From: an uncultured Chthoniobacterales bacterium
Lineage (GTDB): Bacteria > Verrucomicrobiota > Verrucomicrobiia > Chthoniobacterales > JAFAMB01
NCBI GenBank assembly: GCA_964252355.1
Contig: CAXUNV010000002.1
Location: 1-43,343 of the forward strand
Reading direction: 5' to 3'
Length of the DNA stretch: 43,343 nucleotides
Part shown: one piece after another, positions 8,117-16,564 of the stretch
Numbering within the stretch: the first letter of the stretch is position 1
Layout of the letters: the number at the start of each line of letters is the position of its first letter
Notes under the pieces: generated by a model
Databases searched by the model: none
Told to the model about the DNA's origin: nothing
Seen by the model: the letters and a program-made list of their open reading frames with translations, nothing else
Translations under genes and position numbers: made by a program

Positions 8117-9079
8117 TCAAGACCCGACCAACAGCACCGTGCGCCCGAGGTGGTGTCCCTCCATGGCCGCTTGCGCCTGCGCGGCTTCGCGGAGCGGGAA
8201 AGTCTGGTCGACTCCGACGCTGAAAGGGCCGGCTTCAATCAAGGCATTAAGCCGGTCGAATGCCTGCCGGCCCGGCTCGCCGTTGTAGCCGACCGCCTCG
8301 ACGCCGGGCCGGCCCTTCGGTTCGGGCTGCACCCCGTGGGGGTAGGCCACGCGTCCGCCCTGGCGAACGGCCGCGATCGCGCCGTCGAGACCTTTGGCGC
8401 TCACGGTTGCCAGCACGCCGTCGAGCCCCTCCGGTGCGAACCGGCGGATGGCTCCGTCGAGATCACCGCCTTTGCCATCGACGACCTCGTCCGCGCCGGC
8501 GGCCCGGGCGAGCGCCGCGCTGTCTGCACCCGAGGCGACCGCCAGCACCTGGGCCCGCAGGCGTTTGGCCAACTGCACCGCAACATGTCCGACGCTGCCC
8601 ACGCCGAAGACCAGCAATCGGTCGCCCGCCTTCACCTCCAGCGCACCAGTCAAACCGGAAAGCGCCGTTAGTCCCGGTACCGCCAAGGCGCCTGCCTGGT
8701 CCATCGGCAGACCTTTCGGCACGCGGGCAACCTGGTCGGTCAGCAGCGCCACGTACTCGGCGTAAGAACCGCCCTTGGGATTCAGGAAAGAATAGCCGTA
8801 GACCTTGTCGCCCACTCCGAAGCCTTGCGCGCCGGCACCGACCGCCGCAATCGTACCCGCACTATCAGCGCCCAGCACCAGCGGGAACGTGGCAGGTGCC
8901 ATGGCGTCCATCGCGCCCGAACGCACGAGCGCGTCCCAAACCCCGACCCCCGCAGCCTCGACTTTGATGAGGACCTCACCCGGACCCACGGAGGGCACGG
9001 GAAGGTCGCGAAGTTTAAGCTCTTCTTTACCGCCGTAGTGGTCGATGGCGACGGCCTGCATGGTTTTGGGTACGTTCAT
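8117..9079 (-). CDS. NADPH:quinone oxidoreductase / zinc-type alcohol dehydrogenase family (MDR)
   Basis: MQAVAIDHYGG..LKLRDLPVPSVGPGEVLIKVEAAGVGVWD, PLVLGADSAGTIAAVG, and the Rossmann segment LVFGVGSVGHVAVQLAK. ATG 9079 (MNVPKT) is preferred to the 9178 extension. Confidence 0.8.
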   Translation of the reverse strand: MNVPKTMQAVAIDHYGGKEELKLRDLPVPSVGPGEVLIKVEAAGVGVWDALVRSGAMDAMAPATFPLVLGADSAGTIAAVGAGAQGFGVGDKVYGYSFLNPKGGSYAEYVALLTDQVARVPKGLPMDQAGALAVPGLTALSGLTGALEVKAGDRLLVFGVGSVGHVAVQLAKRLRAQVLAVASGADSAALARAAGADEVVDGKGGDLDGAIRRFAPEGLDGVLATVSAKGLDGAIAAVRQGGRVAYPHGVQPEPKGRPGVEAVGYNGEPGRQAFDRLNALIEAGPFSVGVDQTFPLREAAQAQAAMEGHHLGRTVLLVGS

Positions 9080-9524
9080 CGCGGGTTTTTCCTGTGGTTG
9101 GTGGTCCGTTGAGATTGTAAGGGGGAATGTTCCGACGGCTCCCTCGTGCTCCCGCCGTGGTGGCCCTTCGCCTCGCACGAGATCGGATGGGCGCGCTAAG
9201 AAGCTTTGAAGGTGGTCTTCTCGTTGTCAACAAATGGCTGGAACAGTGCGGCCGGCCAGTTGGCAGGGGTGGCTTATGGTTATCTCAAGCGGCTTGGGCC
9301 TGATGTTTCAGAGTTCGAACAAGGCCACGAAGGACATACAGGGAAGGCACGGGCAAGCCGCCGAACGGTCTCTATGACCAAGGCCAAAGGAGAAGGAAGG
9401 CAGGAGGCGCCCGGCGAAAGCCGCCCCAGGATGGTAGCGACGGGCGACGCAGGGAGCGCCGACGCTTCGTCCGTAACGGGTTGGGCGGCTATCACCTTTG
9501 CTCCAGCATGCTGGCGGGGCGCCG

Positions 9525-9773
9525 GCGCTACGCTGACAGTCCGGCGGCGGCGCTCGAAGATGGCTCGGGCCTGGCGGCGTCTCGTAAAACTCGCCTTGCC
9601 CTACCATGCCTCGCCCTACCATCGCTCGGCGAGGGCCGCCCCAAGACGTTCCTGACGGGCGGCAGGGGAGCGCGGGCGTCCCGCCCGTCACGGGCCCGCC
9701 AACGCCCGCGATCGTCGTCCACCCTTCCGACGGCCCGGCGACGTCTCGCATCGTTTGCCTTGCCGCACCAACC
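9525..9773 (+). repeat. interspersed repeat, copy 2
   Basis: The core 9579-9693 differs from copy 3 (24790-24904) at 6 of 115 positions by manual alignment. It contains direct repeats GCCCTACCAT x2, a 10-bp stem tgacgggcgg/ccgcccgtca (9653-9662 / 9681-9690), the upstream shared gcgctacgctg (9525-9535), and a degenerate second box gtctcgcatcgtttgccttgccgcaccaacc (9743-9773). Confidence 0.8.
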
Positions 9774-9864
9774 CTAAGGCGATGACGGCTTGCCTGGGCT
9801 GCCCTCACCTCGAGGGAAAACCGTGCGGCGGGTGGCAAGAAGCCGGAAACGTCGGTCCAAGCCA

Positions 9865-10503
9865 CTAAGGATAATACCGGTAGTGAATTCTTACGGGGAT
9901 AAGGTAATTGCCGTTCGCGTCCGCGACGCACGTCCACCGTTTGCGGACCCAAGCGCGCACTTCTGCGTCCACCAACGGCAGCCCGCAGCTTTTCAACGTG
10001 CTTACCCGCCGAACCTTGCCGTTCCTGAGCTCGAAGCGCACCGTCGACCAAAACTCCTTTTGGTCGTGTGGATCGGCGCGGTGCACCTCGTTCCAGGCAC
10101 CGTGAGAAAGCCGAACCGCCGGGGTCCGTTGCAGGGGCGAGTTGGCCCAGACGGTAACCTCCGCAACTCCCGAGAAGTCCCTGGCGTAATGGTAGGTGCG
10201 CCAAATCCAGGAAGCGATGGCCCGATCGACGTCGGGTGAACCGCACCCTTTCACGACTTCAACGCGGGTCACGTCACCGGCGATGACATGGGCGCGCAAG
10301 GTCACGTTCAAACGGCCATCTGCCGGGAGGGGCAACGCACGGAGTTCCGCCCATTCCCGCTGAGACAACGGCGGTCTGGCTTCGACGTTGGCCGGTGCTG
10401 GGGAATCTGCGGCAAACGACAGTGCCGGCACGCACAGCAAGCAGGCGCTCAACGTGCAGAGGGCGCGTCGCGACAAGGTTCTGATAACCAACATAGCTAC
10501 CAT
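9865..10503 (-). CDS. secreted protein with two TonB_C-like modules
   Basis: Signal peptide MVAMLVIRTLSRRALCTLSACLLCVPALSFA/AD. Two internally similar modules are present (VTRVEVVKGCGSPDVDRAIASWIWRTY and VRRVSTLKSCGLPLVDAEVRAWVRKRW), resembling the TonB C-terminal fold pattern. The start is ATG 10503 or 10494; the upstream extension overlaps the IS5 fragment. Confidence 0.6.
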   Translation of the reverse strand: MVAMLVIRTLSRRALCTLSACLLCVPALSFAADSPAPANVEARPPLSQREWAELRALPLPADGRLNVTLRAHVIAGDVTRVEVVKGCGSPDVDRAIASWIWRTYHYARDFSGVAEVTVWANSPLQRTPAVRLSHGAWNEVHRADPHDQKEFWSTVRFELRNGKVRRVSTLKSCGLPLVDAEVRAWVRKRWTCVADANGNYLIPVRIHYRYYP

Positions 10504-10594
10504 ATACCAAAGGAGATTGTCGGTGGCGAGCGTGCAGCTGGAAGGCACCGTCGGTAGCCAGCGCGAACTTCTAATGGCGCGCGTCGGACGTTGA

Positions 10595-10840
10595 GCACCC
10601 GCGCTGGCGGCCGCTAGCCACGGCGTGCGGCTAGGGGCGTTCAAGCTGCCGGAGGCCAAGCGTGGCTTCGTGCTCCCGCCGCGGTGCTGGGTGATGGGGC
10701 GGTCCTTCGCTTGGCTCGCCCGCTTCCGGCGGTTGGCGCGTGATCACGAGCGGCCACCCGCCACCCTGGCGGGCCTGCATTTCGTCGCCTTCGCCTGCCT
10801 GATGCTGGCGAGGATCACCTTCCAGTCCCGCATCGGTTAG
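10595..10840 (+). pseudogene. IS5-family (DDE_Tnp_1) transposase, C-terminal fragment only
   Basis: ..AKRGFVLPPRCWVMGRSFAWLARFRRLARDHERPPATLAGLHFVAFACLMLARI matches the conserved C-terminus of IS5/IS4-type transposases (F.VLPRRWVVERTFAWL.R.RRL.KDYE). The frame opens just after a TGA at 10592-10594, and no N-terminal part is present. Confidence 0.7.
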
Positions 10841-11261
10841 TTCATGACAGTCTTTAGATAAGAAGAAGCTTAAAAGGGCGATCAGACTGGGCACATGCGC
10901 CCGAAACTTGCGGGTGACTCGGTCAAGCCGGAGATCGTCTCGAAACGGGCCGTGGTGTGCCAAGTAAAGCAACTGCCGAAACGAATCCCGACCAGGTTGA
11001 CGTGGTGCGTCTGAAAACCGGGATGCCTAGCCTGCGGCAACGATGGCCCTTGATTTCGACACGAGGCTCAAGCCCGCCCACGTCGCGGGGCAATGAGGCC
11101 GAAGGCGAGGTAAGTACCGCTGAAACGCAGCCGAAAGACGTCCGAATCGAGCGAAAGGTGGTTGGTAATCGACGCCCGCGATGGCGTGGTGAACGGCCAA
11201 GTCGCGGGTCGCGGTGCTGGTCAGAATGAAAAGTGTCGACCGCACAACGTCCAGGAATAGC

Positions 11262-13685
11262 TCACTCTCGCCGCATCAGTTTAGATGGATCGAGAGAAAG
11301 CGCTCGCAAGGCCGGGAAGGCTGACCCAGCGGTACCTAGCAGGATCATCACCACTACCGTGCCTCCCAAAACCACTGGGTCACCGGGATTTGGCTGGTAA
11401 ACGACGCGCGCCAGCAATGGGCGTACGGAGAGACCGAGCAAAAGTCCGATCAACGATCCGACCCCGAGCAGCACGATCGGCCGGCCAACCGCCGCACTTA
11501 GAAGGTTCCACCCATGCGCGCCCAGAGCCATTCGAACCCCCAACTCCTTCGTCCGCCGGCTCACGTTGTAGGCTGCCATGCCGAAGATGCCGGACACCGC
11601 CAGCATGGCCGCCAACACGCCCATCGCGCCGAGCGCCGCCGTCGCGGCCCGCGCAGGGAACAGCTGGAGGCCAAGCGAGTCGGTCCAGCTCTGCACGGCG
11701 ATCGGCGCGTCGGGCTCGATCCCGCCCAACGTGCGTTGCAGCGCCGCGGTCATCTCGTTCGGCGCGCGGCCTGAGCGTACCACGAATACGGGGCTTTCCT
11801 GTTCGCTTTGTGCCAGGGGCAGATAAACCACCGGCTGCGGCGGCTCCGTCAGGTCGTGGTATTTGCCGGCTTCGGTGACGCCCACCACCTCCCGCAACTG
11901 CCCGTCCACGATGAACCGTTGACCGATGGCCGACCCCCCGCCCCACAGGCTGCGCGCCAAGGTTTCGTTCACGAGCGCAACCGGGGGTTTGTCTTGCGCG
12001 TCGTGCCACGAAACGTCCCGTCCGGCCAACATCCGAGTACCCGCAGCCTCCAGGTATCCCGGCGACACGGTGAACACGTACGGGGCCGAAACGGCGTTCT
12101 TCAAAGTGAACACCGTCGTGCCCGGAGGGAAGATCGGCACCCCGTGCAACCCGCCGTTCATGAAGACGCGGCTTATCGTGCCTGCGGCCATCACACCCGG
12201 GATCCGACGAGCGGCCTCGATCATGGCTTTCTCCTTCTCGAGGATCACGTCGCTTGCCTCTTCCGCTTGGCTCAGGTCCACGTCCGCCAGCATCACGCCA
12301 CGCGGTTCGAAGCCCAGCGGGGTCTGCAGCACGCCAGTCATGCCGCGCACGGCGACGAGTGACGCCGTGACCAGCAGGGTGCAGACGGCGATTTGTGCGC
12401 CGAGCAACAGGTCGCGCACCGCGAAGCGGCGCAGCGGCGTCGCATCCGCCCGTCCGCCCTTCATGACTTGGAGCGGCGTGCTTTTCGACAGCTGCCAGCA
12501 CGGCAGCAAACCAAGCGCGACCGCGCTTCCCACCGTTAACAAAAAAGCCGCCAGGTAGACGGGCGCATCCACACTGGCTTCTAGTCGACCATAGGGAGAG
12601 TTCCATCGGCTCAACAACTGCAGCAGCGCGCCTGCGGTGAGCAGCCCCGCCGCGCCGCCCATCACCGAGACGAGCATCGCCTCCATGAGCAACTGTCGAA
12701 CCATCCGCCAGACGCTGGACCCGAGGGCTAAACGGAGGGCCAGCTCATGGCCACGATCCGCGGTGCGCGCCGCGAACAGGCCCGCCAGGTTGGCGCACGC
12801 CGCGCCAAGCACGAGAATCGCCAGCACGGTCACGCTGTACAGAAACCCGCGGATCACGTCGCCGAGATCGCCTAAGAGCCCTGGACGGATGAGCCGCAGC
12901 GAGATGTCCCGGTCCGACTGCGGGTACTCCTTCGCGAGCGCAGCGGCGACGGCGTTCAGGTTTTCGGTGGCCTGCTGGGGCGTGATCCCCGGTTCAAGGC
13001 GACCGATCACCGTGATAGCCACTTCGGTTCGGCTCGTCAGGTAATCCGCACCTTCCACCTGTTCCTCGTTCGCGATCGGAATCCAGTAATCCGGCCAATC
13101 AAACCGCTCGGTCCCGTGGAACCGAGCCTGCGCGACGCCGATGATGGTAAACGGATGCTTGTTGAGCTCCACGGTGGTCCCGACGACGCCCGGATCGGAA
13201 TTGAACGCGGTTCGCCACAGGTTGTGGCTCAACACCACAAACGGCGCCGAATTCGGCCCATGCACGTCCGCTGAACTGAAAAAACGGCCCACCGTTGGCT
13301 GCACACCGAGCAAGTCGAAGTAGTTGTCAGTAACTTCGTACCCAGAAACGCTCTTTACTGCCGTGCCATTTCTTAGCCTAGCGTGAGAAAATCCGTAATA
13401 CCCCGCCAACCCGCTGAACGTGGCAGTTCGGCGCCGGAAATCCTCAAAGGCCGGGTACGACGTGGTCAGCAACTTCCCGTTCGCCCATTCTTTGTGGCGA
13501 ACCTGGTAAAGGTTTTGCGGATCGCTGACGTCCAGCGGACGCAGCAGCACCGAGTTCACCACCCCGAAGACGGTGAGGTTTGCCCCTATGCCGAGCATCA
13601 GGGACAAGACTACCGTCACCGCTAGCGCGGGCGACTTGGCCAAAACCCGAACGGCATACCGGATGTCCAACAACAGATCTTCCAT
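11262..13685 (-). CDS. ABC transporter permease, ADOP/MacB-like (MacB periplasmic domain plus duplicated FtsX)
   Basis: 807 aa. It has the N-terminal ADOP signature IRYAVRVLAKSPALAVTVVLSLMLGIGANLTVFGVVNSVLLRPL, two four-helix FtsX modules and a C-terminal ..LRALSLDPSKLMRRE. Confidence 0.85.
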   Translation of the reverse strand: MEDLLLDIRYAVRVLAKSPALAVTVVLSLMLGIGANLTVFGVVNSVLLRPLDVSDPQNLYQVRHKEWANGKLLTTSYPAFEDFRRRTATFSGLAGYYGFSHARLRNGTAVKSVSGYEVTDNYFDLLGVQPTVGRFFSSADVHGPNSAPFVVLSHNLWRTAFNSDPGVVGTTVELNKHPFTIIGVAQARFHGTERFDWPDYWIPIANEEQVEGADYLTSRTEVAITVIGRLEPGITPQQATENLNAVAAALAKEYPQSDRDISLRLIRPGLLGDLGDVIRGFLYSVTVLAILVLGAACANLAGLFAARTADRGHELALRLALGSSVWRMVRQLLMEAMLVSVMGGAAGLLTAGALLQLLSRWNSPYGRLEASVDAPVYLAAFLLTVGSAVALGLLPCWQLSKSTPLQVMKGGRADATPLRRFAVRDLLLGAQIAVCTLLVTASLVAVRGMTGVLQTPLGFEPRGVMLADVDLSQAEEASDVILEKEKAMIEAARRIPGVMAAGTISRVFMNGGLHGVPIFPPGTTVFTLKNAVSAPYVFTVSPGYLEAAGTRMLAGRDVSWHDAQDKPPVALVNETLARSLWGGGSAIGQRFIVDGQLREVVGVTEAGKYHDLTEPPQPVVYLPLAQSEQESPVFVVRSGRAPNEMTAALQRTLGGIEPDAPIAVQSWTDSLGLQLFPARAATAALGAMGVLAAMLAVSGIFGMAAYNVSRRTKELGVRMALGAHGWNLLSAAVGRPIVLLGVGSLIGLLLGLSVRPLLARVVYQPNPGDPVVLGGTVVVMILLGTAGSAFPALRALSLDPSKLMRRE

Positions 13686-13951
13686 CCATCAATGGTATTA
13701 AGGGCCCCTTTTACTAAGCACCGATTTTGCCCATCACGTGCCCGTTCTTGCCTGCGCGCTACTCTTGAAAATCCATCCGAACGGGCGCTGAGTTCGATCG
13801 CCAGGAACGCGCGTTTGTCGAAAGTACGGCCGCTCTTGAACTGTGTTTTTCAATTGCCGGGCGCTCTGCCAAATTCGTTGAGGAGCATTTGCACGGTTGC
13901 TGAAGCAACGGTCCCGGAAAGCTTCGCTTGGCCGGCTCTCGCACCCGTCCG

Positions 13952-16387
13952 TCACGCCTGCCGCAGCGCTGCCGAAGGATCGACCCGCATCGCGCGCCGG
14001 GTCGGACCGAGGCAGGCCAACGCCGCTACCCAGCTGAGCACCAGGGCGCTAGTCGCGAATGAGGTGAGGTCAAAGGGCGATACCCCATAGAGCGCACCTT
14101 CGATCGCCCGCACTAGGGCCGCCGCCGCGCACAGACCAATAATGGTTCCAAGGAAGACGGGTCTAAGGCCCTGTTTTAGAACCAGGAAGGCCACGTCTGC
14201 CGCTCGGGCACCTAACGCCATTCGAACGGCTATCTCGCGGGATCGTCGTCCAACCGCATACGCCGTTGTTCCGTAAAGCCCAACTCCCGAAAGGAGGAGC
14301 GCACCAATGGAAAACACTTCGGCCAATGAGGCATTCAGCGTCCTCACCCATAACCGTGACGTTATGAGGTCGTCATAGGTCGCCAGATCCATCAACGGCA
14401 CCTCTGGATCCACAGACGACACCAGACCCTGCATCGCTGGCATGAGGGACTTGGGGTCGCCGGACGTACGCAGCAGCAGGAAAAGGCGATAGAGGTTTTT
14501 CCGTTGTTCATACGGAAAATAGGCCTGGAGTTCCGGAGAGCCGTGGCCAGGTGCGTGGTGCCGTGACTGTGCAACGACGCCGACGATGGTCCACCTTTTT
14601 TGGTCTCCTTCTGCCCTCGGTAGCTCGATCTGCTTTCCCATCGGGTCCGCTTGACCAAAGGAGCGTCGTGCTGTGGCGTCGTCGATGATGGCGACGTTCT
14701 GCGTTGTATCCCGGTCAGCGGCGTTGAAGTCCCGACCTCGGAGTAACGGAATCTCCATCGTGCGGAAATATCCTGGGGAGATCTCCTGCGCGCAGAACGT
14801 CGGTTCCTTGCCCCGCTCCTGCTCAGGTTGCCCGACCACGTGAAAGGGCACGCTTACGTCGCCGACCGTCCATTCGAAAGGTTGTTCCGAATTCATGGCC
14901 GCGGCGGTCACCCCGGGCATTTGGGACGCCTTCTCGAGCAACGCGTCGAAGAAGCTTCGGAGGCGTTTGCCATCCTGGTACTTCTCCGCCGTGGGGTAGA
15001 TGTCGACGGTAAGCAAGCGGTGTGGGTTGAAGCCGAGCGGCAGCGCGTGTACGGCGCGCAAGCTGTGCGCAAGCAGGCTTGCGCCGACCAGCAGCACGCT
15101 TGCCAAAGCCGCCTGCGCGGTGACGAGCAAAAGGTGAAGCTTCTGCCGACCTGGTCCTGCCGTCCCTGAGCGGCCCTCTTCGCCCCGCAGTGCCGCGATC
15201 AGGTTCACGTCCGACATCCTTACCGCCGGCATGAATCCGGACACGAGTGCTACTACGAGGCTAAGTCCAAACGTAAATCCGACCGCCGCAACGTCTAGCC
15301 GGACGTCGCGGAAGACGGACAGCCAGTCCGGGCTCATCCCCCGGACGAGTCTGATGAGAAGCGCTGCGACACCCAAGCCGGCGACGCTACCTAAACTTGA
15401 GAAAACCGCGCTTTCTGTGATCAGTTGGCCGATAAGGTCAGCCTGAGAAGCCCCAAGCGTCGCGCGAACTGCCACTTCTCGTCTTCGGTCCAGCGCGCGA
15501 GCGGAAAGAAGGTTGCTTACGTTAGCAACGGAAATAAGCAGGATGATACAGGCACCGACAGCCAAGGACCAGACGGCGGAGCCATACCCCTCGACCGCCT
15601 GCTCCTGGAGTGGCCGGATGAGGATCCGGAGGCCTTTATCAGCATCAGGGTACTGGGCCGAAAGACCATCCTGAATTCTGCCAAAATCCTCCTGGGCTTG
15701 ACGCGCACTCACCCCGGCCTTCAATCTTCCTAAAAATAAATAGCTCCGTAAATCGCGCCTCTCGGAGTAACCGTCGGCGTCGGCTACCCGCGCAGGTACA
15801 AAAACAATATCGTCCGGGGGCGTGGTAACATCGCCGACCTGACCCTGGCAGACGCCGATGACCTGGTAGCTTCTACTGCTCAGCACAATTGACTTGCCGA
15901 TCACGCTTGGGTCTGCGTTGAAGCGCCTCCTCCACAAGTCCTCGCTGAGCACGGCGACCGGTGACCCGCCTCGCTTGTCCTCGTCGTCCGTGAATGGTCT
16001 GCCAAGGATGAACGGCTTCCCAGTCAGCTCGAACAAGCTCGCCGTGGTTAGCACACCCGTTAGCCGCTCGGCGTGCCCGCCGACACTCCAGTCTAGGTAG
16101 GTCCAATTCGTCAGACCCAGAAGCTCACAGCTGCGCTGGTCACGGCGGAAGTCCAGGTAATCCGGATAACTGACGTTATCCGACTCTTCAGCGCCCCTCA
16201 CGGGTGAGATCTGTATCAGACGCTGACTCTCCGGAAACGGCAGCGCATGGAAAATCACTGCGTTTACCAAGCTGAACATGGCGGCGCTTGCACCGATACC
16301 CAGGGCAAGAGCAGTCGTCGCTATCATCACCAGCGAGGGTGATTTCTGAAGCAGTCGGAAAGCGTACCTACAGTGTGTAACAAGCAT
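13952..16387 (-). CDS. ABC transporter permease, ADOP/MacB-like (second paralogue)
   Basis: 811 aa starting at ATG. It carries CRYAFRLLQKSPSLVMIATTALALGIGASAAMFSLVNAVIFHALPFP, a duplicated FtsX architecture and a C-terminal ..RRAMRVDPSAALRQA. Confidence 0.85.
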   Translation of the reverse strand: MLVTHCRYAFRLLQKSPSLVMIATTALALGIGASAAMFSLVNAVIFHALPFPESQRLIQISPVRGAEESDNVSYPDYLDFRRDQRSCELLGLTNWTYLDWSVGGHAERLTGVLTTASLFELTGKPFILGRPFTDDEDKRGGSPVAVLSEDLWRRRFNADPSVIGKSIVLSSRSYQVIGVCQGQVGDVTTPPDDIVFVPARVADADGYSERRDLRSYLFLGRLKAGVSARQAQEDFGRIQDGLSAQYPDADKGLRILIRPLQEQAVEGYGSAVWSLAVGACIILLISVANVSNLLSARALDRRREVAVRATLGASQADLIGQLITESAVFSSLGSVAGLGVAALLIRLVRGMSPDWLSVFRDVRLDVAAVGFTFGLSLVVALVSGFMPAVRMSDVNLIAALRGEEGRSGTAGPGRQKLHLLLVTAQAALASVLLVGASLLAHSLRAVHALPLGFNPHRLLTVDIYPTAEKYQDGKRLRSFFDALLEKASQMPGVTAAAMNSEQPFEWTVGDVSVPFHVVGQPEQERGKEPTFCAQEISPGYFRTMEIPLLRGRDFNAADRDTTQNVAIIDDATARRSFGQADPMGKQIELPRAEGDQKRWTIVGVVAQSRHHAPGHGSPELQAYFPYEQRKNLYRLFLLLRTSGDPKSLMPAMQGLVSSVDPEVPLMDLATYDDLITSRLWVRTLNASLAEVFSIGALLLSGVGLYGTTAYAVGRRSREIAVRMALGARAADVAFLVLKQGLRPVFLGTIIGLCAAAALVRAIEGALYGVSPFDLTSFATSALVLSWVAALACLGPTRRAMRVDPSAALRQA

Positions 16388-16564
16388 GGCGGGCCCAATG
16401 TGTCGCGGCGATCGGACGAGGCACGGTGGTGAGTCCTGACATCCAGGCGCTAGCGCCCCAGGTCGAGGCGTCCGACAAGGCGTGGTTGGGTTAAGGTGGT
16501 TTGCAGGTCGGCGCAGGTGCCCGCAAGATGGTGCGCTGATGAAAGGGTTGCCGTCCTGCCCGCC

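Noticed and set aside
10631-10972. Minus-strand ORF of 113 aa.
   Set aside because: Its downstream half is antisense to the IS5 transposase fragment, and the remainder has no recognisable features.
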